Source: Podarcis cretensis
Lineage: Eukaryota
Length of the DNA: 64,000 nucleotides
Direction of reading: 5' to 3'
NCBI GenBank assembly: GCA_951804945.1
Contig: OX638163.1
Location: 26,660,001 to 26,724,000 of the forward strand
The notes under the pieces were generated by a model. The model was given only the letters and a program-made list of their open reading frames with translations, made no database searches and was not told where the DNA came from. Below, one piece after another: positions 24,478 to 35,185 of the stretch; within the stretch, counting starts at the first letter, position 1; every line of letters starts with the position of its first letter. A program made the position numbers and the translations under genes.

Positions 24478-25524
24478 TATATGGTGCTGTATATGGAGGT
24501 CTGGACCAGATCCATTAATAGCAGAATTTGCAAAGATCAAATTCCTTCAGCGTCCCAAGTTACAAGTTGCATGCTCCCCTTTCTGGGCCAAGATATAATT
24601 TTCCATGATTTAATTGTTGGCAAAGATTAATTAGCACCCCAGCCATTCCCAGCTGTGCTGCCTATGAGAGTCTGCTGTTGAATGGCATGACAGTCACCAA
24701 GATGTATGCCGTCACCACTCCACGGGCCTGTGATTCATTGCTCTGTCAGTCGTTTGAGATACAGTGTATGAAAATGCCATATAAATGCAAATCCAAACAC
24801 AAACACTGAATTCCCCTGTTGGGTAGTGATAAGGTGCTCATCCAGATGACATATTATGATTTAAAAGTGGAAAGTAATATCAGGGAAAAGATGGGAGGGG
24901 GACCAGCAACAATGACTCTTAAAACGGATTTCATTTTCAGGTGTTTATATTTCTATGCATTTACCTTTTTTTAAAAAAAAAAAAATCTGCTGCTTCCCCC
25001 TTTCCTCTCTCACTCTATAACACTATGAGATTATGCTTTTGTGATTAATTAAATTAAATGGAGATAATGGAGATAAACTCTGCAACAGAATTGGGAAATG
25101 ATGGAATTGGCTCTCTGCGGAAGGGTGCGATGCTGGGGAATGCTGCGAATAGCTGAAGTTTTTGTTTCCGCAAAGCAAAAACAGCATATTTGATGATAAA
25201 TATCTTGAATAAAACAGCAAGATTCTGAACTGTCATCATGGGATCCATGGGGGGAGGGGGTGCAAGTTAAGAGAGTGGTGGCATGTTGTATAAGATATCC
25301 ATGTCATAATCAAACTTGTTACACAGAATGCAGAAGAAAGTACAACAGACCAGCCTGTGAATTGTCAGCTAATGTGCAATTCTAACATCTTTAGGAACAA
25401 TCGCCCCATCTTGTTTTGAATCATGGAATGCCACAGCATCCTCTGGATTTCGGGTTCAGCATGTTCACATGACAGCCCTGTTTATCTGCCAAGATTCCAG
25501 AGTACAATTATTGTCCTTATCCAG

Positions 25525-25660
25525 GTGGAACATACTGAGGCATTGGTCCATCTAGCTCACACTGACTGGCAGTATCTCTAGCCCCATCTGGAGATGCCAG
25601 GATTGAAGCAGATACCTCCTGCATACAGAGTAGATGGTCTCCCACTGAGCTACGAGCCCA
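25525..25660 (-). mobile_element. Decayed tRNA-derived SINE (family of 33087/33279)
   Basis: Reverse complement GGGCTCGTAGCTCAGTGGGAGACCATCT...TTCAATCCTGGCATCTCCAG. Confidence 0.6.
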
Positions 25661-26006
25661 TTTTAATTTCTCATAGTGCTCCTAATGCAATGTTATGTCA
25701 TGGGGAATCATGAGGAATCAGAATGCAAACTAAAATTAAAAACTTGCCCAGTGAACATGCCATGAAGTCTAGAAGAAGACACCTTTTCAGAGATGGAGCT
25801 AGCATTGGGTAACTTAAACTCTTCTAGGATCAATGCCACATTCAGTCTTAGAGGAAATGGTTTCTGCAGTGTTATGTGAAAGTGCTTATGTGTGCTGCGT
25901 GTAAGAGAATCTTGTTTATGTGCATTGTATATAACATGAAACATGCTTGATCAAAGCCAACTTGGGGATGAGGAACTTTTTTTCTGCCAAAAGGCTTCAT
26001 TGTGTC

Positions 26007-26247
26007 CTGCCAACCTAGCAGTTCGAAAGCACGTCAAAAGTGCAAGTAGATAAATAGGTACCGCTCCGGCGGGAAGGTAAACGGCGTTTCCGTGCGCTGC
26101 TCTGGCTCACCAGAAGCAGCTTAGTCATGCTGGCCACATGACCCAGAAGCTGTACGCCGGCTCCCTCAGCCAATAAAGCGAGATGAGCGCCGCAACCCCA
26201 GAGTGGCCACGACTGGACCGAATGGTCAGGGATCCCTTTATCTTTAC
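26007..26247 (+). mobile_element. 5'-truncated Sauria SINE with ~80-bp flanking direct repeat
   Basis: CTGCCAACCTAGCAGTTCGAAAGC...CCCTTTATCTTTAC; duplicated flank at 25928-26006 and 26248-26332. Confidence 0.9.
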
Positions 26248-26574
26248 TATATAACATGAAACATGCTTGATCAAACCTAAAGCCAACTTGGGGATGAGGA
26301 ACTTTTTTTCTGCCAAAAGTCTTCATTGTGTCATACCCAATCTTCTGGGGACACATTACACATACATACACCATACAAACACCCCCCAGCCTCTCTTTGC
26401 TACCGACCAGCTGCTTCTCAATCAGCTGGGTAGCAAGGAGGATCTCCCTCTTGCTCAGCACTAGCTCTCTGCCTCTTGGCTTATCTAGCCAAGCTTCCTG
26501 TTCCCCCACATTGGCCCTACTGAGAAACCCATAAACAGTTCATGAGGGGAATGTAGAGGTAGCAGATAGCTGCC

Positions 26575-27340
26575 ATAACTAATGACCATTGATAGTGCTA
26601 TCCTCCAAATCCCCTTGCTAAATCCCCTTTTAAATCCATCTAACCTAGTGGATATTTCCACCACATCTTGGAAGAAGTGATTTCCACAGCTTAACTATGT
26701 GTTATGTGGTGATGGTGGTGGGTTTCCATTTGTCCATCCTAAATCACGTACCAGTCAGTATCATTACATGGACCCTGGGTTCTAGTGTTTTGTGAGAGAG
26801 ACTAAAACTTCTCTCTATCCACTTTTTCCACACCACACATAATTTTATATATCTTTATTGATTCCTCCTTACTTACCTTTTGCTAAGCTAAAAAGACCCA
26901 TACATTTTGTAACATTCTGTTGTCAGCAAGTTGTTTCTGCATTCTGTTCATTATGGTTGACTCCCGCCCCCCTGCAGCTGCCTCTGCACCTTGCCCAGCT
27001 CTATAGTATCTGAGATGTAATGGCCAGAACTGCATGCCACAAATTTGTATAGTGCCATTATGATATTGACAGTTTCCCTTTACCTAATAATCCCTAAGAT
27101 GGATTTTGCCTTTTTCACAGCTGCCACACACTAGGTCGGCATTTTTATTGAGCTACCCTCCATGACCCCCAAGATCTCTTTCCTGGTTAGTCACTGCTAG
27201 CTCCATCAGTAACTGTGTAGAATTTGTTTAGGTTTTTAGGCCCCACAGTGAACCACTCCACAGTTACTTACATTGAACTGAATTTGCCACTTAGTTGCAC
27301 ATTTGGAAATGATCTCTTTGGAGCAGTCATTGTTGGCTTT
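26575..27340 (-). mobile_element. Old CR1 LINE 3' fragment
   Basis: Reverse complement of the TATAAAATTATG..GGAAAAAGTGGATAGAGAGAAGTTT block shared with the CR1 pieces at 41155 and 51205. Confidence 0.7.
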
Positions 27341-27367
27341 CACAACCACAAATTGATTTCTTACTGA

Positions 27368-27497
27368 GAAGGCTGAGATTAACCAGGCAGAGGGCCTTCT
27401 CAATAGTGGCGCCCTCCCTGTGGAGCACTCTCTCTTCAGACGTCAAGGAGAGAATTACACAACTTTTAGAAGACATCTGAAGACAGCCCTGTATTGG
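27368..27497 (+). mobile_element. L2-type LINE fragment
   Basis: AGGGCCTTCTCAATAGTGGCGCCCTCCCTGTGGAGCACTCTC (RAFS.VAP.LW..L) and AGACATCTGAAGACAGCCCTGTA. Confidence 0.65.
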
Positions 27498-28126
27498 TAG
27501 CAGACACAATGTTCCCTGAGAATGAGCCAGACACTCCACAGGTCAGGGACCTGAAGGAGTAGGAAAGCCCCTTGGATCCAATGCTAAGGAGACTCATGAG
27601 GGACAATCCAGGTTGATTCCTGATGGAAACCCCCAAGAATTGTCAGAGAAGTGGACCACCCCACTCGCAGTCCTCAAGAGCACCAAAAACTTCACATCCA
27701 AGCTTAAGGATGATGATACAGTGTGCATCTACAGACCCAGACATTGTGCTACTCTGGATCAACTCATGATTGAATAATCCCTGATACTCCTTCACTGCCT
27801 GTAGCTGTGGTTAGCATGTGGTTTAGGGGGCCATGTAAAACTTCCCTCTTGAGCTTTCCATTTGCTGGAAAACACAGGGATCTGCCTCCTTGCTGGCTCT
27901 AGTTCTGCCTCTTTGCTGTGTTGTACCTTATGGGATGCCCTGTGATATTGACCATGGACTGTTTCCTGACTTTGATTCTGGGTCATATTTGGACCTATGC
28001 CGAAACTCTATGTTTGACCTTGGTTTGTTTGGACTTCATTGCACCAAAATCCCCACCTTCATGGTAAGTACTTTGGTGAAACACTTATACCTACTGGGAC
28101 TAGAAGGTTCCCACTAGACTGTGACA
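27498..28126 (+). mobile_element. Decayed solo LTR (5' end lost) of the acidic-U3/RRSARL type
   Basis: Acidic/Pro codons (PENEPDTPQVRDLKE), SP-Arg-rich remnant, TGA TGA TAC AGT GTG CAT CTA at 27711-27731, pyrimidine-rich R/U5, 3' end GTGACA. Confidence 0.6.
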
Positions 28127-28329
28127 GCCTTCAGACTCCTTTATTGAAGAAGGAGTTAGAGGAAATTAAACTCCTGTGCAGGAAATGACATTTCTGAACA
28201 TTCTCAGATTATCCACATCTCGAGAATATGTCCTTCAATGCTCTCCTGTAGCTGGAGGGCCTTCCCTTTTACAATTTTAACCCCTTCTCACAAGTGTTAA
28301 TGAAAACAGCAGGCAAACATTCAGCAATT

Positions 28330-28900
28330 AGAAATAGAGAAATATTTGTGGGCATCCAGCAGCCTGAATAAAAGCAGGCATGAAAAGCTGATGCCTAGAA
28401 AGGGACTGCCTTCAGATGCCTCCCAAAGAAAAAGCAGCACTTTCGGGTGATCTTTTGAGGAATCTAAGTCAGAGCCCCAGAAGCTCTTTTCTCTTTGAAG
28501 CAGCAAAAGGAGCAGCGACCTGGAATATGTTTCTATTATTTTCAAAAGGCTTTCTGCATTGTGTGCTCCTCCTCACCCTTGTCCTCCTTCTCCCCATTCT
28601 GTTTGCTCCACATCTTCTTGTCCAGAACAGCCCAACCATTGAATCCTGGGTTGCCCCCCCTCCTAAAATACCTGCTTTTCCTGGCTCCTTTTACCCATTG
28701 AGGCAGATGGCACCACCCTCAAAAATGTACCTTTTATCCAGGCCTCAGGTGAGAACATAGTAACTGACATTCCCAAAGCTCTTTCTCTTTTTGCTTCTGT
28801 GCTACTGCTTCTCCTTGCCTCCCTGCAGAGTTGCTCTTCCTCCCCCACCAACAGCTTGTTATGTGGTGAGAGGCTGGGGAGGGTGTAGAACTCTGGAAAC
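28330..28900 (-). mobile_element. Possible old LTR remnant
   Basis: Minus-strand purine-rich stretch encoding GRRRTRVRRSTQ (28559-28573 = RRST+CAA/CGA); boundaries approximate. Confidence 0.3.
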
Positions 28901-30837
28901 AATTTCATGGAGTGAGAGCTGCACTTAACTTAGTATTATTTGATTGCATTTACCTTATTAACTGAATGAGGATATGTGTGAAGGAGGTATCATTTTTCAC
29001 TTCCAGCCTTTTAAAAAAACCAACATGTACTTGCACATCTATGGGAGTCTTAGCATACAGACTTCCCACCTGGCAGCAATTCCTGGGATGCTCATGTGAC
29101 TATGCAATGTGCCATGGCCACATGGGCATTTCCCAAAGTGCTGCTGGACTGGAAGCTTGTTTGTGAAAACCTCTGTGATGCTTCAAGTACATGGAGGGCA
29201 TTTAAAAGGTATGTGAACTGGAAAAAATAAAAAAGACCCCCCATGCCCACCTCTTCAGTTAATAGAGCAAGTAAGCACAACAACCCTCTGCCCCATGACT
29301 TTTCTTCCCAAGTTTTACTTTCCTTCCCTCTTTGGACATACCTTCAGTGCAAATCCCCTCTCCCCATTCTCACAAATCGCTGAAGAAAGTGGGCCATAAA
29401 GGTTTGGAACAGCACAATTTCCTGTACAATAAATGTTCCAACCAAATGAAAGATTCTTGAATTTCCTGCAACTATGGATGAGTGCACAATAAACACTGGC
29501 CTGGAAGGACTCTAATAGACTTCTGTTGTCATGATCTCTTCTCTTTCTTCTGTCTTTGTTCTTTGCTGTCTGCATCTTTATTCGCAGAAAGCAGCAGGCT
29601 TTAGCTGCATGTAAATGGAAGTTAATGACAACCTCCATTCTTGTTTCTTGTCCTTGATATAATAAGATGAGTAAGATGGTTAAGGTAAATGAGCTGGCTC
29701 CTCTAGGAAGCTGGCCTTGACTGACTGTTTCAGAGGCTGCTCCTGCTGCTCAAGATGCCAAAAGCCCATTAGGGTGGGGTATAGTTTAAGGCAGAGGTTG
29801 GGAACCTCAGATCCAAGTGGAAAATGTGACCCTCCAGGCCTCTTTGTCTGAGTTTTGGAACTCTCCCAGGCCACACCATTCTTCCTTGAACTTTAATAAT
29901 GCCTCTTGCTTGTCTAGAGGGAAGACAGACAGGCATGTACAGTACACCTACTATACAAGGTGTAAAAAATCACATCCATTGCTCTGTCCATTTTTGGCTC
30001 TGCACCTAACACTGATATGTGGCTCCCAAAAGGGTGCACAAAAGAAAATATGACCCTCAAACTTCAGATCTTTTGGACTATAACTCCCATCACCATTAGT
30101 TACAGGCCTTGCAGATTGTAGTTCACAGCATCTGGAGGCTACCGCACTGACTACTCCTGCCTTACTGGGTCAGGCTAGGAAATGTGGCTGGTGGGAAACT
30201 CTAGAGCGGGACTCTTGCCATATCCTGCCAACAGAAATTCCAGGAATGTAATGGGAATAGGAATAGCAAGAAATTCAATTCAGTTTGCAGACAAACCTAC
30301 ACAATTCATACATTATGAAACAGTTTACAGACCATCTTTCCAAAATAATGTTTCTTCAAATTTTACAATGTGATTCTCCAACAAGTGACATGTGCAAAAG
30401 TGTATATATACTTGGGTAAAGTGTTCAGGGGGTGGGATGTATATATTGGGGAAAAGAACACACAACTTCCTTTATATTAGGAGAAATATCTTGGCAAAAA
30501 TTAGTATGCTAGGCAAAAATGTAAACAAAAACATTGAATTTTCATGAGGTCTTTTTAAAAGGAATTTTAAATAGGAACTGATGAAGAGAATGGAAGACTG
30601 GAAAAACGGGAAACACTGTGAAACCAGAATTGTCCATTTCAGCCATCTCTACTTTGGAGTGACATGTGTTGGGATGTGACCTCACTCCAGAGAGGTCAGA
30701 CCCCAGGAAACCATGAAGAACATCTTGCACCACTATAAGAAGTTTGACTGTTTCCTTAAACCACAAGATAAGATACTATACTATATCAACACTACCCCAA
30801 TAACCCATCTGTTAAGGGGGTAGCCCATAATAGCTGC

Positions 30838-31007
30838 AATTGCTCCACTCGGTTAGAACATAGTGCTGGTAAGGTTGCAGATTCGATCCCTGTATGAGAC
30901 AGCTGCACAGTTCTGCATAGCAGGGGGTTGGGTTAGATGATCCTCAGGGTCCCTTCCAACTCTACAATTCCATAATTCCTCTGCCTGATTCTATGATTCT
31001 ATGATTT
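30838..31007 (+). mobile_element. tRNA-Ile-derived SINE with CR1 3' tail
   Basis: GGTTAGAACATAGTGCT..AAGGTTGCAGATTCGATCCCTGTA resembles tRNA-Ile; tail GCAGGGGGTTGG...CCCTTCCAACTCTA...ATTCTATGATTCTATG matches the CR1 3' UTR at 59647-59716. Confidence 0.7.
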
Positions 31008-31429
31008 TGGAGTTTGAGCAAACAAAGGAAGTTAAACAGGATCCTGCGTAAACACTGCAGAAGGATCCTGCCCTTTGCGAACATTTTCCCTTCTGCTTCC
31101 CTTAGATGGTGCTAATGGGGTACAAAACACATAAAACTTCTGGATTTCTTTTAAGACACAAGGAGAGAACTTATTTTGTTATTCTGAGTTTCTTGAACAT
31201 TACATTTCTCTTCTTTTAGCTCTTTATTTATTTATTTCTCCTTTCCTTTCTCTTTTAAACAAAAACAAAAACCTCCAGTGCTTTAATGTAAAGTGCCTTC
31301 CTGCTGAAATAATGCATACCAGTGCAAATATATGTGTGATTTTAGTATTTCTTAGGCACTGCTTTCTTTTTTGTGAGTAATCTGCTTTCGCTCCTCGATG
31401 TTAAAACATTCTTATGCTTCATTCAGTTT

Positions 31430-31690
31430 CATAAGAACATCTGGTCCAGCATCTTCTTCTCACAGTGGCCAGCCAGATGCCTGTGGGAAACCCACAAGCA
31501 GGATGGAAGCACAAAAGCACTCTCCCCCCCTGTGGCTTCCTGCAACTGGTATTCAGAAACATTGCTGCCTTGAACAGTGGAGGCAGAGCATCGCCATCAT
31601 GGCAAGGAGCCATTGAAAGCCTTATCCTCCATGAATTTACCAGTCCACTTTTGAAGCCACGTAGCTTGGTGGCCTTCACCACCTCATGTG
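31430..31690 (-). mobile_element. CR1 LINE 3' end
   Basis: Minus strand EVVKATKLRGFKSGLVNSW (CR1 ORF2 C-terminus) and 3' UTR ending TTCTTATG. Confidence 0.75.
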
Positions 31691-31994
31691 AAATGAATTT
31701 CTCCACCACCCCTAGCAGTGAGCCACATAGAGATCAATATTACTGAGTGGTTTTATAGAAAAATATCCTTGACCAAAGAACAGTGCACTCCTTTGATCTG
31801 AGGTGGTTGTTCTCTTCCACCAAGCACACCACTTCTGGGTGGAATAAACATGGTACAAGGAGGAAGGTAGAGGAATCTCACCTAACCAGCCAAATCAGCT
31901 GGCTCAACCCTGGCGATCTGCAGGGTGACAAAAAGATCAGTGGGATGACACATGCTGTAGACAGATCATCCTAATGGACCATACAAATGAATTA

Positions 31995-31996
<2 letters not shown>

Positions 31997-32025
<29 letters not shown>
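31997..32025. repeat. (TG)n microsatellite
   Basis: Read directly. Confidence 0.95.
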
Positions 32026-32028
<3 letters not shown>

Positions 32029-32604
32029 AAATATGCATATATATTTTTTTACATATTTTTTACATACATTCTGGAGCTGCAGTAAAGTAAGGTGATTAGC
32101 CTTTTGGCTAAGATCAAGTGTAGTGTGTAGTAGTAAGGTGATTTTGGCAAAATATATTTGATAAAGTACAGGAAATGACTGGTTATCATTCTCCTAGGAA
32201 TTCTAAAACAATTATTCTTGGGATGCTCTGATGTGAGGTCATCGGTGTTGATCCTCAACTGATAGAGACCTTGTTGACAACAGCAAATGTGAAAATAAAA
32301 AAATCCTCCAAGTGTAGCAGACTGGTTGGAAACAACACATGGGAATCTGTTGTGAAGATAAAGCAGACATATAACAGGAAAACTCTATATTATCATTAAA
32401 ACAAATTCTTCTAATTTAATCACTGCAATTTAACTTTCTACAAAATTGATCTTTTTTGAAATTATCTACTCCCTCTCCTTTATTACCTTTCTACTTGCAA
32501 TCTTCTGCATTCAATCGGTATTATGTTTTCTACTGCATATTAATATGTTACAATCAACAACAATTATGCAAAATATCAGTATGAGGTAGCTTAATTGGGA
32601 GTGG

Positions 32605-33030
32605 TTTTTATTGCTAGGTTTTTAATACCAGGTTTGAGGGAAAAATAGTATCCCAAATTCTGCTTACTATTTGTGCATGATGAAATGGAGGTGTGGATAT
32701 TTTTTGAATGAAGAGACAACCTAACCTCCTTCCCCAAACACACATACCAGAAACAACTGATTCTGATAAATCCCCCCTCATTTTCTTGAATAAAACTCTA
32801 CTGTAACTCCATATTAGTGGATGATAAAGGTCATGAACTAAGAGAGGAAGATGGAAAGGAATAGGGGTCAAATCCCTTGTTTCCTTTAACAATATTGAAA
32901 ACAATATTAAACTGGATTCACAGTTGCACCAAAAATTCACAAATGGTAAAATATTCTCCAGGGTAGAACTGAAATTCATTCAAGTGGAGCTCAAAATGAT
33001 TTTAAAAAGTCAGATAATCCCCCTTTGGGA
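32605..33030 (-). mobile_element. Decayed L1-like ORF2 fragment
   Basis: Strand-biased composition and broken remnants resembling the post-RT region of L1 ORF2; weak. Confidence 0.35.
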
Positions 33031-33086
33031 ATTTCAGCATATGGAGAAAAATATCCAGCCTGCAAGGCAGAAAAAGAATTGTGGAA

Positions 33087-33267
33087 GGGCTGTACCTCAG
33101 TGTTAGAGCAATTGGTCTGTATACAAAAGATCCCAGGTTAAATCCCTAGCATCTCCAGGCAAGGCTTGCAAAGTCCTCTGTTTGAAACCCCATAATGCAG
33201 CTACTAGCTAGTGTAGATCATACTGAAATAGATGGGTCAATGGTCTGACTCAGTATGAGGTAGCTTA
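33087..33267 (+). mobile_element. tRNA-derived SINE (Squam2/ACASINE-like), first of a head-to-tail pair
   Basis: GGGCTGTACCTCAGTGTTAGAGC...CCCAGGTTAAATCCCTAGCATCTCCAGG...ATACTGAAATAGATGG. Confidence 0.7.
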
Positions 33268-33278
33268 ATTGGGAGTGG

Positions 33279-33468
33279 GGGGTTGTAGCTCAGTAGTAGA
33301 GCATTTTATTTGCACACAGAAGGTCCCAGGTTCAGTTCTCAACAGCTCCACGTAGGGATGGGAAAAAGCTCCCTGTCTGAAACTCTGGAGAGGCCACTGC
33401 CAGTGTAGGCAATACTGAAATAGATAGGCTAGTGGTCTTAGATGTTATAAGGCATCCCATGTTCCTAA
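33279..33468 (+). mobile_element. tRNA-derived SINE (Squam2/ACASINE-like), second copy
   Basis: GGTTGTAGCTCAGTAGTAGAGC...AAGGTCCCAGGTTCAGTTCTC (tRNA-Ala-like head), tail CATGTTCCTA; further decayed copies near 44712, 48470, 52605, 54530 and 54677. Confidence 0.75.
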
Positions 33469-35087
33469 TAATATGTAGTCCCAAATAAGACATGATCACA
33501 ACCTCTTTTGTCATATGTTATGCCTGGGAAACATCAGAACTTCAGAACTATATATATATAATTTATGGTTTGCTGTTACATTAAATAGCACAAATCAAAG
33601 TTAAGTAGGAGGAAACCCACATAACAGATAAATATTGTTCAATCTCTAAGAAAAATATTTGAGAAAACTGCTATGCCATTTTAAATATGCATACTTTCAG
33701 TGTTACTGTCTAGCAAGCACAAGGGCCAAATTTATGATTACGATTGTATGTAGCATCTTCAGAAGATGCCCATTTTTATTATGCAGGTCAAGTTGTAGTA
33801 TTTCCCTGAACTCATTTCCATGTGGATGGTTTCTTTAAAACACTTGCCCTCCCTGTGCCTTTGTGTATTCTAGCAGTATGATTAGTATTTCACTTTGATA
33901 ATCCTTTTAATAAACATAGATTATCCCCAAAGTGAGAGAGTTCTTGATTTCCAGTGCTTGTCAAAAGCCTCCTTAATTCGTTTGCAGCCTTCTATATGAC
34001 CCCCTCCTGACCATCTACTCATGTTCATTGTTGATTTTTACTGACAGATTCCAAGGCAGTCACTGCTTGACACTTTGTTTCATCCATTCCCAAAGACCCT
34101 TGCATAAAGTTTTGGGATGCTTTGAAATCAGGGAAGGTTTATGCCAATCAGACATAGCCTGCACTTTAAAAAAATGCCTCATGTGAAAAAAGGTGGAAGT
34201 GTAGTCTTGATTATGGGGCCTCTCTGATTGCTCTTCACTTCTCTAAAAAGCCCACATTTTTGTACCACTGCAACCTCCTATGGTTCACTCTGACTTTATA
34301 AGTACCGTACATTTATTTTGTCCCCGCTCCCAAGAAAATAGAGATTTATTTTTTGCTTTTCATGGTCAAATCTTTGCCTCTGTTGTGTTGAAGCACCAAT
34401 TTCCTCTAAAGAGAACAGCTAGATTGAATAGCTAAATACTGGAACTCTATTTAATTTTTATAATAATTCATCTGAGTAAGATTTCAGAGCGGCCACTGCA
34501 TTAGTCAATACAGGAATGTAGGAAGGAGTCAGAGCATTGATCCATATAGTTCAGCACTGTCTGTGTTAAGAGGCATGTGAGTTGAGTGGTTAATGTGCAT
34601 AACAACCAGCCTCTGTGCACATTCATCAGGTCGCATGCAGAATGTGCACACAATTCTTCTGTGAAGGGGAAGTTGTTCACATTTCCTGGCCAATAAACAT
34701 AATCCCTAAAGGGCCTTGGGGAGCATACCCCTCACCCCCCCCCCGAGTTTGCATAGGGGAATCATTTATTTTAGTGCACATTTTAATATATGAATTTATT
34801 TTAATTAATTTATTTTAATTTATTTTAACCTAAAACAGTATGTGAAATAAGATGCTGCTATGCTGCAAAATTTGCACTATGCTGAATTTTGTCACACAGA
34901 TCTCCAACCAAAAAACATGAATGTGTTTGTTGGGGGGCAGTGAGTATAAAAATTCATATACTAATGAAAACAACATATAACATGCTTAATAACATGAGAA
35001 ATTGCTTGCAAAAAAATGTTTATTTTAGGAGACATGCACACTGACTTTTTCATTAGACTTTTTCAAACAGAAGGAGAAAGCAAACTG

Positions 35088-35129
<42 letters not shown>

Positions 35130-35185
35130 TTTATTTATATCCCACCCTCCCCAGCCGAAGCCGGGCTCAGGGCGGCTAACAGCAA
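35088..35185 (-). repeat. (TAA)n microsatellite tail with a short LINE 3' tip
   Basis: (ATA)n followed by TTTATATCCCACCCTCCCCAGCCGAAGCCGGGCTCAGGGCGGCTAAC. Confidence 0.7.

Noticed and set aside
33279-33350. tRNA genes (also at 340-413, 6799, 9270 and 30845)
   Set aside because: All are SINE heads with disrupted stems, followed by SINE bodies
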